IMG/VR virus record: IMGVR_UViG_3300005201_000716
Direction: 5' to 3' (one strand)
Source of the DNA: an uncultured virus (IMG/VR IMGVR_UViG_3300005201_000716)
Lineage: Duplodnaviria; Heunggongvirae; Uroviricota; Caudoviricetes
DNA: 20,000 bases
The notes under the pieces were generated by a model that ran no database searches, was not told where the DNA came from, and was given only the letters and a program-made list of their open reading frames with translations. Shown here in pieces: positions 8,951 to 15,109 of the stretch (its first letter is position 1; the number at the start of each line of letters is the position of its first letter). The translations under genes and the position numbers were made by a program.

Positions 8951-9358
8951 ATGCCCTCTGATAGAAACAGAAAAAGTAGTGGCACGAAACTATTCCCAGT
9001 GATACCCGTAGCAGTCTCCGTTTCAAGCGTGGCTGTTTTGGTCGGTGTTATCTTTTATAGCGTCGCTGCACATACAGAAAAGCAATTTGCAGAACAACAA
9101 GCTCAACAGGCGATACAACAAACAGTCGAGTATCAAAAATCCATGCAAAGAATAACTTGCATAGGCAACCAACGCACATTGGGCTTCGCAGAGAAGATTT
9201 GGGCTGCCCTGCTGGAAAACTCCGAAAGGCCTGCTTTGGGTAACCTTTCGCCAACCTATACAGGCGAATTTACATGCCCCACAGGCGGAACATATTCACC
9301 GGGGCCGGGAGAATTTATATGGGTGTGTTCTGACCCGGATCACACGCAAACTCCGTAA
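8951..9358 (+). CDS. Type IV pilin-like membrane-anchored protein (135 aa)
   Basis: Basic leader ending KSSG, then a hydrophobic helix, then CIGNQRTL...CPTGGTYS...VCSDPDH, resembling the C-x2-N...CP-x-GG-x-Y...CS-x-H pattern of Firmicutes pilin-like proteins. The canonical F1/E5 residues are absent. Confidence 0.6.
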   Translation: MPSDRNRKSSGTKLFPVIPVAVSVSSVAVLVGVIFYSVAAHTEKQFAEQQAQQAIQQTVEYQKSMQRITCIGNQRTLGFAEKIWAALLENSERPALGNLSPTYTGEFTCPTGGTYSPGPGEFIWVCSDPDHTQTP

Positions 9359-9394
9359 TTCTAATTTTAAAGGTAAAAAAAAAACTTACATATC

Positions 9395-9421
9395 AAAAGA
9401 CCGCTACGGTGGTCTTTTTTT
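9395..9421 (+). terminator. Intrinsic terminator closing the AT-rich cassette
   Basis: AAAAGACCGC-TACG-GTGGTCTTTT stem with a UNCG tetraloop and a T7 tract. Confidence 0.85.
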
Positions 9422-9445
9422 ATACCCAAAAGGAGGTACGGTTCA

Positions 9446-10012
9446 GTGGTGATTAATTTTATACGGTTCACGGAAACCGTAAAAATCAAGTCCGAAAAAC
9501 GCGTGGTCAGCGTCACCGTCCGACCGCAAATTGCCGACTGTACCGGCACGATACTTTTCACCGACATTCAGCTTCAGGAAGGTGGCAAGCTGACCGGCTA
9601 CACAAAACATACAGAAACTATGCTCTGTAACAGCATAAACGCTCCGCGCTACCAAAATGGCGTGGTGCGTGGCGGTGCAACGCTTGTGCTGTTTAATACC
9701 GGGGAAACCTCGGCGGCTCTTGATGTCTATATATATCCGAAGCAACCGATGACAGCGGGCAGCGTTCAGATTTCGCAGGGTATGGGGTCGCACTTATGCC
9801 GCTTTATGTCGTCAGTAAGCGCGGGTGATAAATTGGCGCTCAAGGCATCTACCCGCCAATGTCTGAAGAACGAAAGCCCAACGCCAAAAGATGGGTTTTA
9901 TCAATACACCGCCGCATATGATAGCAAGCATCAAGTAAAGTTGGATGACAGGATATCGGCGCGAGTTTATATGGAATATACGGAAATGATGGAAGGAGAG
10001 CCAAGCCCATGA
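9446..10012 (+). CDS. Tail-associated protein (188 aa): N-terminal half-CBM-like segment plus Dit-C-like beta domain
   Basis: SD AGGAGGT at 9431-9437, GTG start, stop overlaps the GH18 ATG (ATGA). The N-terminus is 19/51 identical, ungapped, to the 6968-7162 product. Confidence 0.85.
   Translation: MVINFIRFTETVKIKSEKRVVSVTVRPQIADCTGTILFTDIQLQEGGKLTGYTKHTETMLCNSINAPRYQNGVVRGGATLVLFNTGETSAALDVYIYPKQPMTAGSVQISQGMGSHLCRFMSSVSAGDKLALKASTRQCLKNESPTPKDGFYQYTAAYDSKHQVKLDDRISARVYMEYTEMMEGEPSP
9448..9457 (+). repeat. Right copy of 10-bp direct repeat GGTGATTAAT
   Basis: Identical to 7158-7167; contains the first codons (GTG ATT AAT) of the downstream tail gene. Confidence 0.75.
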
Positions 10013-12480
10013 GCAGAGATTATCTGAAAGGTAAAAAATGTATGGTTTGGTCGTTCATGGGCAACAGCCGTATGTTCCAAGCCCTGAACAACTACGGTGA
10101 CCGCTTTGAAGCTGTTGGCATTTTCACGTTTGAGGTGGATATCACCGGCACGATTTCCGAAACGGGGACGCCGATTTCGGGTATGCTTCCATACATCAAC
10201 AAGTGGCCGAAGGTGCGGTGGTTCCTCACTGTGATGAACCACGGTGCGGCTTCCATTTTTACCGCGCTCCGTAATAACACGAGCGGCGCGAAGACGATGT
10301 TTTTATTCGAGCTTGTACGGATTATGCAGAAATATCCGTGGTGCGCGGGTGTGGATATCGACTTGGAGCGCGGTGGCGAGTACGAAAACAAGGACGCGGC
10401 GAATGATTTGTTTCGCGATATTTACCAGACAGTAAAAGCGTTTAACTCTGCCAAACTGGTCAACATCTGCCTGCCGGGTATGACCTCGGTCAATGGTTCA
10501 GTCGGCGGCGAGAATTGGGCAGTGTACGCAGACCTTGACGCATACTGCGACACCGCCGCCATTATGTCTTACGGAATGGCGTGGGCGGGTTCAGCGCCGG
10601 GGCCTGTTTCGCCCCGTGATTGGCTGGTGGGTATCTACGATTACGCAAGCAAAGTAATGGACCCGCAGAAAATATATATGGGATTGCCGGGTTATGGATG
10701 GGAGTGGCAGATTTACGCAAATCCCGCTGATATCGGTAAGACTTACCGGGGCGTTTCGCTGACATATTACGCCGCCAAGATATGGGCGGAGGGTGGCTAT
10801 AACTTTACGGGCAACGCTCCGCCGCAGCCGATGATACCGTGGCTCGCCTATTGGGATGATTATGACCAAGTCCCGTATATGTTTCCGCAAGTCTACGATT
10901 ACGCTGAAGGTGGCGACGCCGCGAGCCGTGAATCGCCGATGGTGGGCGATACATATAATCGTCGCCGCTATATAACTTGTTACAGTAAAACGCAAAAGGC
11001 AGAGTTTGGTACAATCTATATCGACCGGGACGGTGAGCCGGACAGTTACACCGATGGCGTAGTGGTCGGCAACGGCACGATTACGCTTTCCACGGGCAGC
11101 GGCACGGCTGACTACAATTTCACCATCAGCCAGTCCGGAAATTATGACGTGGCGGTAAGGATTTGCTTTCCGTTCTGGAATAAAAATGGCATAGACATAT
11201 CGCTTGACGGCGTGTCAGTTGGTTATATGGAAAACCGTTTGTGGTGGCCCTATTGGAGAAAAACAATATGGTTCATCCTTGCCAATAACCGAAGCCTGTC
11301 GGCGGGAAGCCACATTCTTACCATCAACAGCGGCGTGGCGGGAGCGCAGTTCTACGGCTTTAGGGTCTGCTCGGCGTTCTCGGAACAGCCATCGGCGGGG
11401 AGTGCGATATTTGAGTTGTCACCACATAGCTTCAAGGACGTAAACGGCAATATGGCCGTGCCGGACAGGGGTTTTAAGCTGACCACCGAGGTCTTGCGGC
11501 GCAAGCCCGACTCGGCTTTGGCTTGGTATGAGGATTTCCGTGACCCCGTCACTTTGCAAAGTACATATTGGACTACTTTATATGGAAGCTGGGCGGTATG
11601 GCGGAGTGTGGAATGGTCGTCCGAGCGCGTTTACTCTCAGCTTGAGGGCAGTGGTCAGCTTGCTTGGAATTACAGTAATTTCAGCGATGTGCATATCAGA
11701 GCGCGTATAGCTTTTCCGCAGAACGGGAGCGGGCGTGCCGGTGTGTTCATCGGGAACATTTTCTGCTGTATTAACATTGATACGCAACGGGTGGAACTAT
11801 ATCAAGGCGCGTCGCTGCTCGGCAGTTACAGCGTGTCCTATTCGAAAACGCCAACCGTTGATATACGGACTGATCCGAATATGTACCTTATCGAAATGAG
11901 GAAGCGCGGGAACTGCGTGAGGGTATATTCCGGCAACAGCAACACGCTCCGTTTCACGGCAACAGTCAGCGCCACATCGGGTTATTGCGGTATCCAGTCG
12001 GACAGTGAAATCAAGTGCGAGCTGCTACGGCTTGGGGATGCGTGGTCATATGAGCCGTATGAAGCTTTCGATGTAACTATGCCCGATGGTTCGACCGAAA
12101 GCTACGGTAGAATTTTCCGGAGCGGCGTGTTGTGGGATTTGGAGTTTGAAGTTTTTACGGTCACTTCCGACGTAGAGGAATCCGCCACGCGGAATGAGGA
12201 TATTTCAATGGATTACGATTTTTTCCATAGTGCCATGCTTAACATCCCGTGTAATGCCGATTACATAGCGAAGTTCACACCGCGCGATATCAATGTCTGG
12301 TGCGCACGGCTGTTTCTTGGCGACAGGGACGGTTTCGGCATTGTCTATTACCAAGATGTGGACAGCATTGTCTATTGGGCGAATGAAGCCGCTTACCGAT
12401 GGGGGTTGCGTGGCTTCGCTTTATGGTCGCTGGGTCAGGAGGACATTCGATTATGGGAGGCTATGCCGAAACAGATATAA
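10009..12480 (+). CDS. Glycoside hydrolase family 18 protein (823 aa) with large internal beta-rich insertion, probably virion-associated
   Basis: Catalytic-type GVDIDLE, plus IMSYG...SAPGPVSP, KIYMGLPGYGWEW and terminal GLRGFALWSLGQED (YaaH/SleL/YdhD-like GH18 motifs). Confidence 0.9.
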   Translation: MSRDYLKGKKCMVWSFMGNSRMFQALNNYGDRFEAVGIFTFEVDITGTISETGTPISGMLPYINKWPKVRWFLTVMNHGAASIFTALRNNTSGAKTMFLFELVRIMQKYPWCAGVDIDLERGGEYENKDAANDLFRDIYQTVKAFNSAKLVNICLPGMTSVNGSVGGENWAVYADLDAYCDTAAIMSYGMAWAGSAPGPVSPRDWLVGIYDYASKVMDPQKIYMGLPGYGWEWQIYANPADIGKTYRGVSLTYYAAKIWAEGGYNFTGNAPPQPMIPWLAYWDDYDQVPYMFPQVYDYAEGGDAASRESPMVGDTYNRRRYITCYSKTQKAEFGTIYIDRDGEPDSYTDGVVVGNGTITLSTGSGTADYNFTISQSGNYDVAVRICFPFWNKNGIDISLDGVSVGYMENRLWWPYWRKTIWFILANNRSLSAGSHILTINSGVAGAQFYGFRVCSAFSEQPSAGSAIFELSPHSFKDVNGNMAVPDRGFKLTTEVLRRKPDSALAWYEDFRDPVTLQSTYWTTLYGSWAVWRSVEWSSERVYSQLEGSGQLAWNYSNFSDVHIRARIAFPQNGSGRAGVFIGNIFCCINIDTQRVELYQGASLLGSYSVSYSKTPTVDIRTDPNMYLIEMRKRGNCVRVYSGNSNTLRFTATVSATSGYCGIQSDSEIKCELLRLGDAWSYEPYEAFDVTMPDGSTESYGRIFRSGVLWDLEFEVFTVTSDVEESATRNEDISMDYDFFHSAMLNIPCNADYIAKFTPRDINVWCARLFLGDRDGFGIVYYQDVDSIVYWANEAAYRWGLRGFALWSLGQEDIRLWEAMPKQI

Positions 12481-12569
12481 GCTCCGATTTTCGATGTGTG
12501 CTGGCTAAAAACACATAATAAAGCAAATTTTTTTGTCACATTTATGTCATATCAATTTTCATATATAGC

Positions 12570-12603
12570 CTTGCTATATATCCCGTTTAGAGCGAATATG
12601 TAC
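12570..12603 (+). promoter_or_regulatory. Promoter-like motif CTTGnTAT-N11-AGAGYGA, copy 1
   Basis: CTTGCTATATATCCCGTTTAGAGCGAATATGTAC just before the SD of 12628; the same spacing recurs at 17091. Confidence 0.5.
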
Positions 12604-12627
12604 GCAACGGATGGAGGTGAATATCGT

Positions 12628-12858
12628 ATGAATAAGATAAGGCGTAAGGATTTACAGAAACTCGCCGATCAGGTGGATAAAATTCGTGACACGGTAGAGG
12701 AAATATTGAGCGAAGAAGAAGGATATCGTGACAGTATTCCCGAAAACCTTCAAAGCTCAGAAAATTATAGGTGTGCCAACGATGCAATTGACGCTTTAGG
12801 TGAGTCCATAAGTCATTTAAACGACGCCGTTGAGTACATTACAGGGGCTATAGTTTGA
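12628..12858 (+). CDS. Hypothetical helical protein (76 aa)
   Basis: SD GGAGGTGA then ATG 12628 (MNKIRRKDLQKL...IPENLQSSENY). The 12496 start in the ORF track lacks an SD. Confidence 0.8.
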   Translation: MNKIRRKDLQKLADQVDKIRDTVEEILSEEEGYRDSIPENLQSSENYRCANDAIDALGESISHLNDAVEYITGAIV

Positions 12859-12978
12859 AGCACATATCCAATTTTAAAACGGCGAGTGGTATCTTCTTTC
12901 TGAGGTTTCGTAAGCTGAAACACCCAATATGGCGTTCTCAGATTCTTAAGTAGGTCAAATAAATTGGAGGTTTTGATA

Positions 12979-13155
12979 ATGGCAATGACAAATGCGAGGA
13001 AAGCCGTCTACAAGAAAGGCTGGTGGCGGCGCGAGTCCAATGTTGACCGACGCAATCGCCGCCGGGAGCTCAACAAACGCATTCGACGCAGCGGTGATTT
13101 GTTGAGTGGAAATTACTACAGGAAGATAACAAGCAATTTTGAAACAATGTCATAG
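12979..13155 (+). CDS. Small Arg/Lys-rich basic protein (58 aa)
   Basis: SD GGAGG at 12966-12970, ATG 12979; contains VDRRNRRRELNKRIRR. Confidence 0.7.
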   Translation: MAMTNARKAVYKKGWWRRESNVDRRNRRRELNKRIRRSGDLLSGNYYRKITSNFETMS

Positions 13156-13218
13156 GAGCGACAAAAACCGAGGCACACCCCTAATTGGGGCTGTTCCTCG
13201 TATAAATAGAGTTTAAAC

Positions 13219-13242
13219 GGGACTTCTGTTGAGGTCTTTTTT
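13219..13242 (+). terminator. Intrinsic terminator
   Basis: GACTTC-TGTT-GAGGTC stem followed by TTTTTT. Confidence 0.7.
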
Positions 13243-13308
13243 ATTTGTCTGGAAAAGGATAGCCCGTCAAAACGGTGGAATGTCATAAATTTTAAGGAGG
13301 CGCACGGT

Positions 13309-13896
13309 ATGTCAGAAATACTTCCTCCCGATGAATATCGGGCTTTGCAATATAAAGATATGTCACCGAAAGCCGATAAAACCCTTCATTTGGACGGGAG
13401 CGTTTCGGATGGCAGCGGTAACATTATCCTTCCTCCGGACATAAACCGTGCGAAAACATATCAAACAATGTCGCCTCAGGCGGCGAAATTTCTGTTGTCT
13501 AACGGGAGTGTAGTTGACGGGCTTAACGGGGTAAATATATCGCCGTCATATTCAGATGGTTGTAGGAGGTATAACGCTACATATATCTGCAATTATAATA
13601 ACAGGGATATACACTTTCACAGCGACGTGTTTACTGAACAAGATATTCATAATGGTGATTTGTTTGTGTTTGCAGGCAGTGTTTATTATGTAAAACACGG
13701 TACGTTTGAAGTAATGTCATTATACGCATACGAATTTAAATCCATTAACTCCGCCAATGTAAATAATTTTTATTTTAACGGAATCGCAGATAACGGTTTG
13801 TTTGAATGGGTTATTGAAATTAACTCATACAGTTCTTGGGGGAATATAAGCGGGGCTTCGGGAATTATATACCATATAAAAAGCGTAGCAACATAG
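13309..13896 (+). CDS. Hypothetical protein (195 aa) with N-terminal 36-aa tandem repeat
   Basis: SD TAAGGAGG; ILPPD...MSP...GSV.DG occurs twice. Confidence 0.85.
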   Translation: MSEILPPDEYRALQYKDMSPKADKTLHLDGSVSDGSGNIILPPDINRAKTYQTMSPQAAKFLLSNGSVVDGLNGVNISPSYSDGCRRYNATYICNYNNRDIHFHSDVFTEQDIHNGDLFVFAGSVYYVKHGTFEVMSLYAYEFKSINSANVNNFYFNGIADNGLFEWVIEINSYSSWGNISGASGIIYHIKSVAT

Positions 13897-13915
13897 CCTT
13901 TTACCGGCACATTAT

Positions 13916-13950
13916 GGACACTTCGTAAAACGGCGGAGCGTCCTTATTAA
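13916..13950 (+). terminator. Possible intrinsic terminator
   Basis: GGACACTTCG...CGGAGCGTCC imperfect stem followed by TTATTAA (weak U tract). Confidence 0.5.
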
Positions 13951-14034
13951 TATATAGTTCACGGCAATTACCCGGATTGACTGCAGCAAGAAGGGCTTGC
14001 AAATAAACTATCCTTAAAGGAGGAGGAACACATT

Positions 14035-14607
14035 ATGGCAAACAAGATTTGTATTAACAAAAGCGGGGTATCGATTCCTATTTGGGATCAACCGGAATTT
14101 CCGTGGGCGTCAAACGCGGTTCAGATTGGTACACTCTACAACACAGAAGCCTTTGGGTACAATGCGGATTGGGGCGGAGATGGGGTATTCAACGCTATCA
14201 AATTTCGCAATTCCTCAGGTAATATCGCAACCGGCTGGCTTAATGACGATTATAGTGGAGGTAACCCTTTACCTTCTGGATGGGCTAAAGATTGTACTTT
14301 ATACCCATATGGCACGGTAACTATCGGCGGTACATCGTATAAGACATTCAAATTCAGAAAAAGCGAAACAGTCTATTCACCAAGCGGCGATGTATGGGGA
14401 AGCGTGGCGTCGGGGATGCGGGTCGCGTGTTTGAATGCTACGGCAGGGTCGTCGCATCCGGAGTGGAAACTTGTAAACTATGTCGAGCGAAGCTCAGATG
14501 GAGCATGGATTCAAGTGACTGGATCGGGTTATACACACGGTTTCGTAAATGTTGGTTTGGAAGATGGCTCAATGCCATCGACTATATCAATGTACGGCAC
14601 ATGGTAA
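14035..14607 (+). CDS. Hypothetical protein (190 aa), possibly tandem SH3b-like domains
   Basis: SD AAGGAGGAGG. Two SH3b-like segments (IPIWDQP...QIGTLYNTE...TGWL and TVYSPSG...GSVASGMRV...HGFV); no signal peptide. Confidence 0.75.
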   Translation: MANKICINKSGVSIPIWDQPEFPWASNAVQIGTLYNTEAFGYNADWGGDGVFNAIKFRNSSGNIATGWLNDDYSGGNPLPSGWAKDCTLYPYGTVTIGGTSYKTFKFRKSETVYSPSGDVWGSVASGMRVACLNATAGSSHPEWKLVNYVERSSDGAWIQVTGSGYTHGFVNVGLEDGSMPSTISMYGTW

Positions 14608-14628
14608 ACGTCAACAGATAAACTAAAT

Positions 14629-14662
14629 AAAGCGCTTTCGCGTATCGCGGAGGCGCTTTTTT
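14629..14662 (+). terminator. Intrinsic terminator upstream of the holin
   Basis: AAAGCGCTTTCGCG-TAT-CGCGGAGGCGCTTT followed by a T tract. Confidence 0.85.
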
Positions 14663-14692
14663 ATGCAAAAAATCAGAATGGAGGAAAAAGAA

Positions 14693-15106
14693 ATGAAGGA
14701 AATCTGGACTGGAATACAGGTGGGGCTCGCTGCCGCAGGCGGCTTCCTCGGCTGGTTCCTCGGAGGGCTTGACGGCTTTGTCTATGTACTCGTCGCTTTT
14801 GTGGTTGTGGACTATATCACCGGCGTACTCCGGGCAATCGTCGAAAAGCAACTCTCAAGCAGAATCGGAGCGCACGGCATTGTAAAGAAGGTGGCGATAT
14901 TCCTGATTGTTGGGGTCGCGCATCTCGTTGACGCCTATTTGTTATACGACAGCGAAATCTTGCGGATGGCGGTCATCTTCTTCTACATCTCCAATGAAGG
15001 CGTGTCATTGCTCGAAAACGCTGTGGTCATCGGCTTGCCGGTACCGGAAAAGCTGAAGAACGCACTGGCGCAGCTTCACAACAAAAAGGACAAGGACGGT
15101 GAGTAG
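14693..15106 (+). CDS. Phage holin (toxin secretion/phage lysis holin type)
   Basis: SD GGAGG then MKEIWTGIQ. Motifs GGFLGWFLGGLDG, VDYITGV, LSSRIGAHGIVKK, FYISNEGVSLLEN...GLPVPEKL; sits directly before the endolysin. Confidence 0.93.
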   Translation: MKEIWTGIQVGLAAAGGFLGWFLGGLDGFVYVLVAFVVVDYITGVLRAIVEKQLSSRIGAHGIVKKVAIFLIVGVAHLVDAYLLYDSEILRMAVIFFYISNEGVSLLENAVVIGLPVPEKLKNALAQLHNKKDKDGE

Positions 15107-15109
15107 GAA

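Larger units (their letters stand above)
7168..9447 (+). mobile_element. AT-rich accessory insertion (moron cassette, 4 genes)
   Basis: Visibly AT-rich relative to the flanking tail genes, with its own ~280-bp leader, a terminal terminator and flanking 10-bp direct repeats. Confidence 0.75.

Noticed and set aside
14663..14695. Dual-start (holin/antiholin) motif from ATGs at 14663, 14678 and 14693
   Set aside because: Only ATG 14693 has a properly placed SD; the upstream ATGs abut the terminator.
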